Positions 40,819 through 56,022 of a stretch of 64,000 nt of DNA are shown piece by piece. Made by a program: the position numbers and the translations under genes. The notes beneath the pieces are model-generated. The model worked only from the letters and a program-made list of their open reading frames with translations. It did not search any database and was not told the origin of the DNA. Origin of the DNA: Octopus sinensis (taxonomy: Eukaryota); NCBI RefSeq assembly GCF_006345805.1, contig NC_042999.1, positions 11,780,001 to 11,844,000 on the forward strand, read 5' to 3'. How positions within the stretch are numbered: position 1 is the first letter of the stretch; each line of letters starts with the position of its first letter.

Positions 40819-42892
40819 CTAAATAAACACCTTAGCAGATTCTCCCCAAATGAAAACAACTGAAGCAAGCGGGGAAAATAAGATGATGACATTGGAAGAA
40901 AATCAATTAGTTTCTCTGAATGGTTACATCCGTTTGGTTGTGTTAGTGATACTGTTTAGTGAAGGAGAGGGAGAGAGAAGGAGAGAAAGAGGGGATGGTG
41001 GTGGTGGTAGAAGAGAAAGAAGATGCTGGTGTCTGATATTGCGTAAATTAGAGAAAAGTAGATCGTCTTTCTGGGGGTAAAGGAGAGGTTCCTCTTTCAG
41101 AACAATGGTGTTGACATTAAAAACAATCAATAGGAAAGTCACCAAAGAATTATTTAGGAAAGAATAGGAAGAAATATAAAATAGAAGAAAGAAAAAAATT
41201 GTTTTCCCTCCCTGTTTGGAAACTCAAACTTTCTTCTTCTTCTCGTTGTTGTTGTTGTTGTTCTTCTTCTTCCACCCCCACCCCGAAGTTGGGCGCCTCT
41301 ATGTGGTCGTTTGATCTGCTAGACATAGCAGCCAGATTTCTGTCAAATCGCATCCACACCAAGATACAGATAGATCAATATTAGTACATTCATTGACATA
41401 GCCTGAGCGGACCCACAGGTGCAATTCCCCTGGGCACACCATTTAAATTAAGCTCTCTTGCAGTAAGGCAAGGGAACTGCAGAACCATTAGCGTCTTGGA
41501 TAAAATGCTTTGTGGCATTTCTTCCAACTTTTTACATTTTGATTTCAAATCCTGCCAAGGTTGACTTTGCCTTTCGTTCCTCTGGGGGCAACAAAATAAA
41601 GAATCAGTTAAGAACTGGGATCAATGTCTTCTTGTTTATTTCTACCTCTCAAAATTGTTGGCCTGGTGCCAAAGTTAGAAAACCATTTATTTTTTGGCAA
41701 TCTGTTTCTTAAAAGAAACGGTAAAGTTTATAACTGTTCCAGAAATGTAAGGAAGTAGAAGAGATTTAAATCAGAGATCAAAACAAAACCACTCCTCAAG
41801 GCCAGCTTCCCATGTATTTATCTCATTCTCAATGATTCCGGTCTCTTTGCTGACAGATATTTATGGAGCCTGTTCAAAACAACCAGCCAAGGGTATAACT
41901 TTGTTCACTATTTTCTAACCGTAATCTAAAAATAACTAAAACCAATGACTGACCAAACAATGATCTGACATAGAAACTCTTTGAACAGTTGCAAACTAGT
42001 GAGACTTAGAAAGGTCACCATTTTGTAGTATTTTCATAACTTCTTCTTTTTCTTCTTCTTCTTCTTCTTCTCTCATGTGGGTAGTCATGTGGTCCCTCGC
42101 TAGTAAGAAACCTTTTTCTGCTCTGACCTCTCTTTTCATAGCATGAACCCATTTTCTCAGGGTTTGTAGTTTTGAACCTCACTTGCGCTGGTGCCATGAA
42201 AAAAGCTCCCAAAACATGATGTAGAGTTGTTAGTGTTAGGAAGAGCCTCCAGCCATAGAAACCTATCCAAAGTAGATGATGGGGCACAATACTCTCCACG
42301 GACCTGTTGGATCCTGTCAAACCATCCAACAAATGCCAGCATGGAATAACGACTTTGAATGATGATGGTAACATTTTCCTCACTGAAGTCTTTCGTAATT
42401 GCTATTGTAAAAATATAAAAAACTTGAAAAAGATACTTCACTTATGCAGCTATTTGTAAGAGGAAATAAATGGTCCACTGACAAAGAATGGGAAGTTTAA
42501 AGTAAACAGCACTTGTGCATAAAGTTAAATATTACTAAATAATGATGTTGGCAGGCTTCCAAAAAAAAAATGGCAGACGAACTTAACAAGAAATAAACAA
42601 AGCAGATGGATTAGTTATCTCCCTTTATTACCGAGAAGCCATTACAGTTAAAGCTATTAAAGTTAATTGCATTCAAACTTCTAATGAACTGTCTTTTAAT
42701 GTTGACGTGCACTTGAGAATAGATTAGTTATTATCTTGTAAATTAACCAAATAGACTGACTTGCATTTAATCATAAATTTTATTGCAGACCTCCTGCTGC
42801 TGTCTGGTCTCAACACAAAACACGATATGCATCTCCATCATGCAAGCCTCACATTTTTATGGAGAGACAGAGAGGTATCTTTGTGCTGGAAA

Positions 42893-42963
42893 TATCTCTC
42901 TTGTATCTCTCTTGTATCTCTCTTGTATCTCTCTTGTATCTCTCTTGTATCTCTCTTGTATCT
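42893..42963. repeat. 11-bp tandem repeat x6
   Basis: tatctctcttg. Confidence 0.9.
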
Positions 42964-43160
42964 GTTACAGAACAGGGCACGGCTCTGCATCAACTCTTGT
43001 GATTTCAAAAATTGACTGTTAACAGTTGTATCCACAGCATTCTTTAAAACCAAGAAGATTAGAATAAAACAATAAAGCAAATGTGTTTGTGTTGTTGCTG
43101 GGGTTCCTTTTCAAAGGAACACATCCTTGAAATCAATCAGCCTACATTGACTGTCTAGAA

Positions 43161-43194
<34 letters not shown>

Positions 43195-43204
43195 TACATT
43201 TATT

Positions 43205-44630
43205 TATCATCATCATCATCATCATCCTCATTATCCTTTAACATCTGTTTCCCATGTTGGCATGGGTCGGAGTGTTTGACCAGAGCTGGCAAGCCAGAAA
43301 GCTGGACCAGGTTCTAGTCTGATTTGGCTTGGTTTCTACGGCTGGATGCCTTTCCTAATTTCCTGACACCGACCACTTTACAGTGTGTGTTGGGTGCTTT
43401 TAAGATGGCTCCGCACAAATGCTTTTACATGGTGCTGGCACAAGTGCTCTTTATGTGGCACCAGCATAGGGCTCTTGCAGGCTAATCCCCTTTATGAGAG
43501 GCAACAGCCTTAACACTTCTGCTGTGGAGGACAGCAAAGCATCAGGTATCATGGTCCTTTGTCATCCCCTCCAAAATGTCCAGTGTCCTGAGGTCATCCT
43601 TCAGTGCTTCGTCCCATGTCTTCCTGGGTCTCCCTCTTCCACAAGTTCCATCTACTTTGAATGATTAGCACTTCGTTATGGAACAGTTGACAGCCAACAG
43701 CATCACATAACCAAACCAATGCAGTCTTCTCTCTTGCACACTGCATCTAATTCATCTTATTCCTAACACATTGGCACTCTGTTGAACAAGTACAATTGCA
43801 TTGCACATCCAGCCGAGCATACTAGCTTCATTTCTCTCTAGCCTTTGTATGTCTTCGACATTCAGGGCCCATGTCTCACTACCATGTAGCATTGCTGTCT
43901 GTACACATGCATCATTCAATCTTCCTTTCACTCAGAGAGAGACCTTTGGTTGCCAACAGATGTAAACGTTCTCTGAATTTCATCCATCCAATTCTTTTTC
44001 TAGCTATTACACTTTCCATACATCCTCCCCCCCCAACTAATTTGATCCCCTAGGTGGCAGAAATATCCCGAGTATTTGTATTTTTTATGGCCTTTTTGCA
44101 TCTTCTACAAACGGACACCACTTTCTCTGATAACCTTCCTATTATTCCACAGCACCTCTTGTGTGTCCATTGCTTACACTAGGCATACCATATGGAATTC
44201 CAGCCTACACCTTTCCTACATATCACCTGAAGTGGGTAGAATCCTGTCTGTTGTGCTAAGTTAACCTTAAGACCCTTCCTTTGATTCCAGGTTTTGCTTC
44301 CACACCTGGAATTTCTTTTCTAACTCTGATATCGAATCTGCTATGAGGGTAAGATCATCAGCATCTAGTAGCTGCCAGGGTCTGTCAGTCTTGAATCCCT
44401 CTGTTATGGCCTGGAAGATAATAATGAAAAGTAGGGGACTGAGGATTGAGCTTTGCTGAACACCTCCCTGTACACCACATTCTTCACTCTACTTGGGGTT
44501 AACTCTCACCTTACTGACACTGCCCCTGCACATACCCTGTACAGCTTTCAGAAGCCACTTGTCTACTCCTACCCTCCACAGAGCCCATCATATCACACAG
44601 TAGGGTAATCTATCAAAGGTCTTCTCTAGT
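43205..44630 (-). mobile_element. Old RTE LINE copy (RT to 3' tail)
   Basis: EKTFDRLP, SILSPLLFIIIFQAI, LLDADDL, WTHKRC and RGRPRKTWD on the minus strand; (CAT)n at 43207. Confidence 0.82.
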
Positions 44631-45004
44631 TCAGCAAATGCCAAGTATAATGGTTTATGTATATATCACCACCACCATCGTCATAATCTAATGTCTGTCT
44701 TCCATGTTGGTAAATGGGTTGGATGGTTTGACAGGAGTTGGCAAAGCCAGAAGACTGTGCCAAGCTTGACTGTCGGCTTTGGTTTCTACAACTGGATGGC
44801 CTTCCTAAGGCCAACTGCTTCACAGATTGTACTGGGTGTTTTTCACAAGGTCACCAAGTAACTTGCAAGACATAGTTTCTTCAAGAGAGGGGGAGTGGTA
44901 TTGAAGGAGGTAGTTTTGTGCCAGGGATAAGAGGCCCGAGTGTGACAGAAGGGCAGAAGCAGGTGTCTTGCTGTAGAGGAAGCATATGGTTACTCCAGTT
45001 ATAA

Positions 45005-45041
<37 letters not shown>

Positions 45042-45795
45042 AAGAGAAAGAGAAAGAGAGAGAGAGAGAGAGATGGTGGTGATGTGCCAAGTACAAGAAT
45101 GTGGATTTAAATGCAATGGTAGAGGATTACCCAGATTGCATGAGTAGGGAGTTCTTGAGAATACAGTGATACCCCTCCCCCCACACACACACGTGTACGA
45201 GCACATACATTTATACAGAAAGCAAGATGGCTTGATGAGACAGAGGGGTTGACAAAAAGTCATCCACCACCACCACCATCTCCACCTCCACCACCATCAT
45301 CACCACACAACAACAACAACAACAACAACTTAAACTTGCATCCACAATGATAATGTTTCTCACTTGGTGTCGCAAATGTTGATCAAAAGCAGACAATTCG
45401 ATTCCTGGAAGATCTGGTCATCAGAGTCAACACATGATGGATCGCATGGTGTGACCCTGTCTAATTTGTTCGTTAAGTCCCTGGCACCTGGCTGTTTGTA
45501 TTAAATACAGTTGGCTCCATCATGGTGTTCAGAGGTTGGATTGGTGCATCGTATGGCAGCACCTGCTTGGTGTTACACTCTTGGTCCACCAGGAATGGTC
45601 CACCATTTCATTGCTTCTGTATGACTTGGTTTTTGAATCACTGCTGGAGAAGTTGGAGATGTGTCTGAATCAGAAACCATTATTACCATGGTCTAGTTAA
45701 TTAATTAATTGATGAGGATGTTGATGATAATGATGATGTTAATGATGACAACGACAAAAATGATGATGGAGAGGGCAATGGTGATGACAATGACA

Positions 45796-45829
<34 letters not shown>

Positions 45830-46068
45830 CGATTCTGCAACAAGCCCCACCAATACAATGCAATGGTTGCACATTCTTAAAAGCCAGATGTGGAAACGGT
45901 TTTTGGTATTTTCTCCCTCTAATCCAGCTCTTCTATGTTTCAACAGAACCTGGTATGTTAACTAATTAATTGTTATTCTAGTTTCAATAACAAATTAAAA
46001 TTAATTAGATAAGCTAGTTGGCACCAATACCTGAAATCTAAAAGCAGCACTGGAACACAATACACACA

Positions 46069-46132
<64 letters not shown>

Positions 46133-46770
46133 CTCACACATGTATGGACTTTAATATGAAGTTTACAAGACAATTAAAACTTCCTTCTTGTTCTCTTACA
46201 ACGTAACGAGGACCTCGTCAGTGGCAACGATGAGTGTTCAGTTATTCAATCAACTAAACTACCTTTTTCATTGAATTAGCAATTAAATGTCTGAGTATGA
46301 CAAGGGCTGCAGTAAATAGGGAACTGCTTTGTGAGATAAGGGCCAAATAACTGAGATTTCTTGGTCATGTGATGATGAAAGAGGGCCTGGAGAATTTAGC
46401 AATGATCAGAAAGAGTGAAGGGGAAGAAAAGCAGAGGCAGGAAAAGGTTGATATGGATGTCAGACTTGATGAATTGGTTGGAAGAAAGAGGCATCAAACA
46501 TCAGGAAGTGGAAAATGTTTGAGAAAGCAAAGAACAAAGAATTGTGGCAGGACATAATCTGTCTCTGTCCAAGATTCTGGATGTGGCACCTGAAGAAAGA
46601 TGTCATTGATTTGTGTATCGTTAACATACTTCTCAGGTAGGATCAACACAGTATGGCAAGGCTGGATCTTTAAATTACAAATACAATCCATCTGAAGAGC
46701 TTCCATACAGTTTCCATCTATTCAATTTAATTCCCAACATTTGTGTTGACCTGTGGGTTGTAAAATCGTC

Positions 46771-46802
<32 letters not shown>

Positions 46803-47791
46803 CACTATCACCATCTTTCAAGCCGGCATGGGTGGGAAGGTTTGACAGGAGCTGGGGAGCTGGGGAGCTACACCATGTCCATTTGTCTATTTTAGCTTGG
46901 TTCCTACAGCTGGATACCCTTCCTAACACCAACCACTTTACAGGGTGCATTGTGTGTATTTTACATGGTACCATTTCTAGTGCTTTTCATGTGGAACCAG
47001 TACAGGGGCTGTATACATGGTATACATCACTGGTGTTTTATGTGGCAGCAGCATGGGTATTTTTCATGTGGCATCATCATGGGTGATTTTTACATGGCAC
47101 TGGCAACTGTGAGGTCACAAATTAGCTTGCAAGCCAATAGACTAGAATATGGCGTAAAAGACACGTCTTGCAAAAGATCCATGGAGACTGAACCCCTGAC
47201 TTCATGATAGCAAAGTGAAGTTTTTAACCTTTCAGCCAAGAAGCAGTGTCAAACAAAAAGATGCTTCCATCTCCTAAATTTCTCAATGGGTCACCTAAGA
47301 ATTAATTTGGTTCCGTGTTGCTTAACTTTGCTCATTGAACAAGAAGCGATATTTCATTTTTCATTGGGATAATGCCTGGAAACCTTATTGTATATATAAC
47401 AAGTGTAAATGTGGCTGTGTGGTTGAGAAACTTGCTTCACAACCATTTCAGTTTGGGTTCAGTCCCAGTGCACAGACCCTTGGTATCTTCCACTGTAGCC
47501 CCAGGACAAAGCCCTGTGAATAGATTTAGTGGACAGAATTTGAAACCTGAAACCTGAAAGAAGTCCATCGCAACCCATGGAATTCTGACTCAAATATTCT
47601 TCCTTCAGTTCACCTTGAGGACGACCAAAGGGATGGACCCTAATCAAACTGTACCAGTAATAATACAAGGCTGAGTTCACAACTGGGAGGAGTTGGAAAC
47701 ATGTGGCATAGGTCATTATAATATGCTGTATGGAATAATAAAACAAAAATTTGTGGATAAACACGCCTCAGTACTCATTATTATTATTATT

Positions 47792-47875
<84 letters not shown>

Positions 47876-49980
47876 TATACCCATGCCAACATGGAAAATG
47901 GATGTTAAATGATGATGATGATGCATGTATGTGTGTGTGCGTGCGCACACACATGTGTGTATCCTTGCTTTGACGTTGCATGTTGTAAATGAGCTTCACT
48001 GTTATACAAGTGGTCTCATTTGTTTCCAGACTTCTGTGAAAAACATGTCCATTCAAAAGGAAAAAGTTAGACACAGGTGAAGGTTGGCAACAGGAAAGGC
48101 ATCTGGCCAGAAAAAATTTGCCCTAACAAATTCCATCCAACCCATGCCAGTATGGAAAAGTGGACATTAGATTATGATGATGATGATGATGGAGAATATA
48201 TTTAGAACAGTACTAGGTTGGTTCTTAAGCAACTTCGACATACTAAAGGCTGTGTGCTCACTCACTTGACAAAATCTTATCAGCATTTGCAACTTAATCC
48301 AGAAAGAAATTCAGTTTCTTTTCTCTTAGTTTTATGGCTAAACTTTGAAGGAAAATCTAGCTTTGCAGAGAACACAGGAGAGCAGCACTTTCATACTGCA
48401 ACTGGGAACAAATAATTAACCTACATGTTACTCTATGCACATGTATGTATATATATATGCATCTATTTATCTATCTATCTATCTATCCATCTACCTTTAT
48501 ATACAAGTTTGAGGAAATATCTATGTATATATGTGTAAATATATATATGCATACAACTATACACACGCACACACACGTGCACAAGGAGAAAGGAAAGCAG
48601 AGGTATCGAATGTCAATCAAGATTTAATTCTGCTGTTTTCGGTTTATTTTCATTAACTTTATACATTCCTTAGAATCTGGTTTTCGTTTACATTTTAAAT
48701 TGATGAAACGAAACAAATTTATCATCATCATCATCATCACCATCACTATCATAGGTGCTTCTTATACGGGACCAGCCCCCACAATCCCACAAGATCACGA
48801 TGTTTCAGCTGAAGTGAGATACAGGGGTGGGGGAACCTACCTGTATGCAAGGACAACCATGATCTTACTTAGCACAGGAAACTAGGAGAAGCCTTGGTTC
48901 TTTGTCGTCTCCTCTGTGAGGCCCAAACGTCTGAAGATCCTTTTGCATGACTTCATCCCATGTCTTCCTAGGACTACCCCTTCCACATGTTCTCTCCATC
49001 AGAAGAGATCGGTACTTCTTGATGCTGCTTTCCTTTCAATGTGCCAACTCTGAGGAAGTGAAAGGAGAGGTGGGAGGGAACATGGAGGGGGGAGATCTTC
49101 TTCTTCTTCTTCTTCTTCTTTCGAAGTATAAACTTCTTCAGAGGTGGTGAAGGGTATTTTTAACTTGTTAAATTCCTTAGTTGACGCACTTTTGGTTAAT
49201 GTACACATAAACACACATACATACACTTATACATTCACGCACACACACACATACATGTATAAGCATTCATACACATACACACACATACATACACACATAC
49301 ATATGTACATACATACGCATCTGTCCATCCATCCATACATACATATGCACACACACTCACACACATCCACCCACCACATCTATGCTGAAAACTGTGGAAT
49401 CGGATCCTTCCCCAGGGGGTTACATGTAGGTTTAATGTCTTCTTATTAAGAGAATTTCAAGCTTATGTTTCTGCTGTTTTTCTCCTTTAGTCATTTTTCT
49501 GTTTGTTTTAATCTTATCCCGCTCATTACTCACAGCCATAATTGAATTTCTTTGACGGCAGCGGGGTCAGCATGGCATTTAGCAGAGTCAGTGTTTGGCC
49601 TGGAATATACTTCTTTTTGCTTCTCCATCGTGCTAGAAACAAGCTATCATCAATCTGTAAAAGCTGGAAGCATGGAAGCGGATTTGGCTGGCTATTTACC
49701 ACTGTATCTTTTATCTTTTACTTGTTTCAGTCATTAAACTGTGGCCCTGCTGGGGCACCACCTTGAAGAGTTTTTTAGTTGAGTGAATTCACTACAGTAC
49801 TTTTTTTTTTTTTAAAGTCTGCACCTAATTCTATCAGTGTCTTTTGCTGAACTGCCAAGTTACAGGGACGTAAACACACCAACACTGATTTTCAAGCTGT
49901 GGTAGGGAACAAACACACACACTCGCACGCACACACACACACACACTCGCATGCACACACATGTGTGCACACACACACAC

Positions 49981-50700
49981 GTAAGGCAGACAAATCACAA
50001 ATCCCTTCAGGTAGATGGCCCTGCTCAATCTGTAGAAAAGGTGTAGGTATAAACTCCATAAGATGCACCCAGTGTAAGCTATGCACACATATGAGGTGCA
50101 GCAATATCAGAAGAAGGTTAACAGGGAAAATAATCTTTGTGTGTAGAAGATGCCCTTGTACAATAAACACTGAAAATGCATAGAAAACAGACTCCATCAA
50201 CTGCCAGAGGGGTAAGCTGGAGGTAGTAGACAGCTTCCGTTATCTAGGTGACCAAATTAGTAGTGGAGGTGGATGCTCTGAGAGCATGGCTGTGAGAATA
50301 AGATTAGGCTGGGCAAAGTTCAGAGAGCTCCTACCTCTGCTGGTAACAAAGTGCCCCTCTCTCAGGATTAAAGGCAGATTCTTTGATGCCTGTGTGCAAA
50401 CCACTATGCAGCATGGCAGTCAAACATGGGTTGTGACAGCCAAGAACATGTGTAGGCTTGAAAGAAATGAAGCCAGTATGCTTTGCTGGATGTGCAATGT
50501 CAGTGCACATGTACGACTGGGTGTAAGCATCTTGAGAGAAAAGCTGTGATGTGCAAGAAAGATGATTGCACACGTATGGTCATGTGATACATATGGATGA
50601 GGACAGCTGTGTAAAGAAGTGCTGATCTCTAACTGTGGAGGGAACCTGTAGTAGAAGAAGACTCAAGAAAACATGGGTTGAGGTGGGCCTCACGCTGGGA
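49981..50700 (+). mobile_element. RTE fragment beginning just before the PHD-like finger
   Basis: SGRWPCSICRKGVGINSIRCTQCKLCTHMRC..FVCRRC; EVVDSFRYLGD; WAKFRELLPLL; HGSQTW. Confidence 0.88.
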
Positions 50701-51649
50701 TTCTTTCAGTTTCTGTCCACCAAATTGATTCACAAGGCTTTAGTTGGCCCTTGATATAGAAGACACTTGCCTGAGGTGTCACACACTGGAATTGAACTCA
50801 AAACCATGTGGCTGGGAAGCAAACTTCTTAACCACACAGCTATACTTGAGCCTCTACACGTAAATCGAACGAAAATCTCCAGACCTGCTTTAGCATGTAT
50901 CTAGAGTCTGGAGTCAAAGAATCACAAAATCAATTTTGCTCTGTGGCATTTATTTGAATATCTTTACTTCTTGAATTTGAATCTCACTGATTGTCTTCCT
51001 TTTGAGGAAGAAGATAAAGTGACCACCGGTCAATTATTTGGCTTGATGTCTTCAGCTGCTCATGTCCCATATTGTTTGTGATCTTGAGCTTATTATACAC
51101 CACAAGGTTCTCTCCTTGAAGTGGTGCGGTGGAATGTATGCCTTAATGACCCTCAGAACACAAACACCAAGCAGGACTTCCTATGCTGGATGGGTCAAAG
51201 GATGAAAGCCAAACTAATATGGATCACCTGTTCCTAGAGGTAAAAATGAAATTGTGTAGAGTCAACATCCCTACCAAGAAAAAAAGAGAAGCAAATTTTT
51301 GGAAGTAACAATGACAATTCAAAAGGAGTAAGTTATAGGAGATGAAGGCCTTGACTCCGGGAAGATACTGGGGTGGAGCTGAAAAAAGCAGGGGTTTTGT
51401 TGGAGAGAAGCATAAAAAGCAGCTTAGAGTTGGGAACAGTGGAGAAAACTCATCAATGGCCTCTGTTTTCCATTGGGAGCAAAAGGCTTAAGTAAGTGAA
51501 GCATGCTTATTATATTTGAAACCATTGTGAGTATTTTTCATTTTCCCTTTTAAAATATAAATGGTTTTGTCCTTCAATCCTAATTTAGTAAATGATATTA
51601 ACAATATGAGTCAAACACTCTATTTTATGTCAGGGAAACATTAGATGTA

Positions 51650-52186
51650 CAAGGTCTGATCAAGAAGTACTGGGACTGTTGTCATGGTAATAGTGCTAAA
51701 GTACACAGAGTGAAGTTGCTTGGCACAGGTTGACCTTGAACTCTGTCATGGATGCACCCTGAATCATAACATTCTTGCTCATTTGTGTTGTTTATGATGG
51801 TGCTTGGTAGTGATGAGTGTAGAGTGTGGTCATCTTAAAAGCAAGATGTGGTTTCAGCTATTCAGGATCTCCTTGATGATGTCAAGGAAAAAGAAAACTT
51901 TTCAAAAAGGGCCAAAACAGGTGATGAATCGTGGGTTTATAGTTATGACCCTGAAACCAAGATTCAGTCTCCACAGTGGAAGATTTCAAGGGGAAGAGGA
52001 AATCCAAGAGAATGGGATGAGGCAGCTGATCGCTGTCCCCCAAAAAAGAGTTCTAGGATTGCTTCCATCAATGAAAAGTATGTGGCTTCAGAGGGGGACA
52101 ATTTTGAAGGGGATTAAATGCTGAATTGATATAGGTTGTAGTTTTCTTAAAGCATCTGTCCCCTGATACTTTTAGATCAGACCCCA
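51650..52186 (+). mobile_element. Second mariner family, internally deleted
   Basis: TGDESWVYSYDPETK..QW and EGDNFEGD*; imperfect TIRs ggtctgatcaagaagtac / gatacttttagatcagacc; TA on the left. Confidence 0.8.
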
Positions 52187-53879
52187 TTTATAGGCAATCA
52201 ACCGTATCTTTGCTCCTCTACAACATTTTTTTTTTGTGTCTGGTTAAACAAGCATAATCTGAATATTAATACAATAGTACCAGGAATCCAAAAGGTACCT
52301 GGATTGTACCTGGAATTCAAAAAGTGCAGCTTTGTCACACACTGCCTGAGAATTACATTAAGAGTACGCATATCTGTGGAATACTCAGCCACTAAGAATG
52401 TTATTCAAGAGCAGATAATTCAGTTGATCAAACAACTGACTCTACCCCCTCCTCACTGTCAAATGATGGAGATTCACCAAAATGATAGGAGATAAGAAAA
52501 ATACTGATTTCATTTAATTGATGGACTTCATTTGCTAAAGGGGAATATATTTTTGGAAGGAATGGAATTAACTGAACGAGTTGCTTTCCTGTAGTTCACT
52601 GAAGAAACCCAAGGCAGGTCCATGACATGTGAATTTTATAACTGCATTCAGGATAATAAGGAACAGACTACCACCACCACCACCACCACTACCACCACTA
52701 CCACTACTGCTACTGCTGCTGCTGCCACTGCTACCGCTGCTGCTGCTGCAGCATGAGAGATATTATGCAACTCATATGCTTCAACTTCCATCAACGTTTT
52801 TCTTGTATTTTTTTTCCTCAAGAATTACTCAAGCAATCTTAACAACCAACAAGACTGTATCAAATGACAGAACAAGCAATGTACTTCTTCCTCAACTCAT
52901 GCTTCTTTATTTTCTTTCTCTCTGGTTTTCTCTTCTTCTTTTTTTTTTACTTAATGAGATGATAGAAACGGTTGAACAACCAACTAAATACCTAACCATG
53001 TATAATTACATTCTGAGTTCAAATCTTAACTAAGCTCAACTTTATTTTTAACCCCCTCCTGCCACAATCAATATGAAATATAAATTTCAGTCCCGTAATT
53101 AATTATGTTTGATGATATTGACTTATATTTCTTCCTTTGACATTTGTGGATCGGTACCAAAGTAAAAAAAATCCTTATTTATTTATATTTCAGTTTGTTG
53201 AAAGTCATAAATCTTGTCAGTGTTTCTGCAAGGTTCTACTCCACAGACAGAAACAAATATTCGCTTCTCAAGACACTTGTCGCAACTTCGTGAAATAATT
53301 TATATTTGTTGTATTTTTGTGTATTGTTTTTCATCTTAAGTCTGAACTGGTAGAAACAGAACAACCCTGGATGTGTTGTCAGTTCTAATTCCACTGAATT
53401 CAACTTTACTTTTATATCTTTCTGGGGCTGACAAAATGAAGAGCAGTAATATATTGGATGTTAAATTGACAGAACCGTTTTGCTCTTCTGCCTAGTCTAG
53501 AAAAAACCATATTATATTGGAATTTTATGTCTACATCTTTGTGTTAAATTCTGTCAATGTCAACATTGCAATTCATCCATCTACGGTCGATAAAATAAAA
53601 CACCAGTGAATTCCTGGAAAACCCTCGTCCCCTCAAAATTATTGACCTTTTGTTTAAGTAAGAAACTATCATTTCTTCAGCTAAACCATTGGAGTGTTGA
53701 AGAAGTCTCTTGTGGCTTTGTTCTGGTACTTTACATTTGGACTTCAAATTTCTTCTGGGTCTATAAAATAAAAAACCAGTCAAGGGTTGACAGTTATGAC
53801 TGATGACCTCCTCCTCCTCTCCCTCCCCCTCCTCCTCACACTGTGATGCAACAGAAACATCTTGACACAAAACCTTCCA

Positions 53880-54400
53880 GTCTCCCAGTCTGCATCATCA
53901 TGGCTATCCCTCGAGGTTGAGTATGACGGTCTTTGCTTTGCTATTATAGTTACTGATGGATTCTGAGGTGACTGATGAATTTGATTCTTGCTTGGAAGTT
54001 CCTTCCACATGTGGGGCAGGTGGTTCTGGGTCAAGGGTTCCATCTTCATTGTATTGTCTATCTTCTCTGCCACTCCTCTTTTCTTTCTTCTTACCTGGCA
54101 GAAGTTGTCAGCCACTCTTTGATGAGGGATCTCCAGGGCTCGCAACCCTCAGTGTTTCTCTCCCAGTTCTTAGTGTCAATATCATATTTCTTGAAGTTGA
54201 CTTTCAGAACATCTTTGTATCTTTTCTTTTTGCTCTCCTCTTCTTCATTTTCCTACTTTTGGTTGGGAATAGAGAAGCTCCTTTGGCAGACTCTCATTTC
54301 CCATCTGGACAACAGGAGACCATTTCGCTTGTTTCTGAAGCTTCAGTGGAAGTCATGTTGATTCCTTTCACAAGTGTTTGCCCGGGTGTATATCTATCTT
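53880..54400 (-). mobile_element. Different RTE family, 3' fragment with a C-terminal C2H2 finger
   Basis: KWSPVVQMGNESLPKELLY..KRYKDVLKVNFK..WE..WR..CPTCGRNFQARIKFISHLRIH. Confidence 0.78.
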
Positions 54401-55239
54401 TCTAAATATATATCCACAGCAATCATTGGTGTATAAAGGTATTGGATGACAATGTATTATAATTGGTGTGTGCTTTGTGGGATCACAGCGATGAGACTGG
54501 GACCCTTGTGGGCTTAGATTATAATAGGACCACTTAAAATATGAGACCCTACTTCTCAGTATACCACCACCACCACCACCACCACCACCATAAACACAGG
54601 CTATTGTTTTACATCCTTTTGTTTGTTAACTGAATTGCAAGAGAATAAGGATTTCCTGTGGTACAAAGTCATAGATTTATAAGAAGGAGAGGGGGGAGGG
54701 AATAGGGGTGGGAGAGGTATAATGGATTGGGACAAACTCAGCACATGCTTTCTGCTTGTTGTGTTGAATGGAAATGAAAAGCAGAAATTATCCTCAAGGG
54801 GTTTTAAATTTTGAAGGTAGAGTGATAAAACTAGACACTATGCAACATTTAGTCTTCCACTTTGCCATTTCTTTTCATTGCAATATTCCTGAAAGTAATT
54901 CTCTCTTTGTATCAATACAAGGCTCTGAATGATTCCGAGTTGATCCATCGATCATCAAAGAGACTTTTATGGTATTTTATTGATAGAGGAGAAATAAAAG
55001 GCAAAACTGGTTACTATGAAATTTGAACTCAGGGCATACAGGAGGGAAACTAATTACATAATATTTGGGTTCCTGTTTCACTGTGTGCCATTCTACACCC
55101 CTGGCAAAATAAAAGGGTTTCTTATATGAAATATTTTGTGCAAAGTTTTGATGAATTGAATTAAATGCAAAACACAATAGCATGGCTGGTGGTGGTGGTT
55201 GACTTCTTTTCCTGTGACATTTTTACCTGTGACTTTTTT

Positions 55240-55430
55240 TTACCTGTATTTGCCGCGACATCGTTTATTTCCTCGTCTTACAGAAGTCCATATGCTTTCC
55301 ACTTGTTGCATATGGGTAGCATCTTTCCAGTTGATGAACTCAATGTTGTGGTTCATTGTTCTTGGTTTTTAATTTCTTCATCATATTTGAAAGGTTAAAC
55401 AAGTTGGCTGCAGTCAGACTTCTTCTATTT
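55240..55430 (-). mobile_element. Merlin/IS1016-like (ISXO2) transposase remnant
   Basis: SDC..MNHNIEFINWKDATHMQQVESIWTSVRR resembles the Merlin motif VNH..F....HTQ.IES.W. Confidence 0.5.
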
Positions 55431-55624
55431 AGGTTGAAAAGGTCCAGGAAAAAAATATGAGGACAGCAACCGAAAATGTTTCTTAAAAAAAAAAGAAAAA
55501 AGAAACAAGTGAAGAGCAGACTGTACCTTGGCCTGTCACCATGGAAACAGGCACCAATATGTCTGTGGCTTTCGATTGATTAAAATGACCCAAAATTCAC
55601 TATTAACATTTTATTTATTAATTT

Positions 55625-56022
55625 GGATCTTTTCGGTTTGAACGGCAGTTTTTAACTTAATTTCTAGGTAACTAAAAAATTTGAAACTTCGTATACTGGT
55701 AGAATGTGTTTATAAAACATCTTTTCTCTTGGCTTTATTGAGAAAATTCTATAGCTTGTAAGATATTTTTTTCTTCAATTTCTGCAATTTCAACCAATCA
55801 ATGACGTCTATTGAGGTAAAAAAAAACCATTCTGTGCCGTATGACTATGTCCCTCGTTTAAGAAACAGATTGGGTTTATTTACATTTGTGAAGAAAAAAA
55901 TATACCCTTCCCCCAACCCTAACCAGATTGAAATGCAATAGATCGATATTAGGGTCATAATTGTGGGTAACAATTTCATATGACACCACTAGAAAAAACT
56001 GCCGTTCAAACCGAAAAGATCC
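55625..56022. mobile_element. MITE, probably Merlin superfamily
   Basis: Perfect 29-bp TIRs ggatcttttcggtttgaacggcagttttt beginning GG; 8-bp TSD attaattt at 55617-55624 and 56023-56030. Confidence 0.9.

Noticed and set aside
53956-54405. 149-aa plus-strand ORF with a hydrophobic segment
   Set aside because: Antisense shadow of the minus-strand RTE fragment.
55914-55924. Telomere-like aaccctaacc
   Set aside because: Fewer than two units, internal to the MITE.
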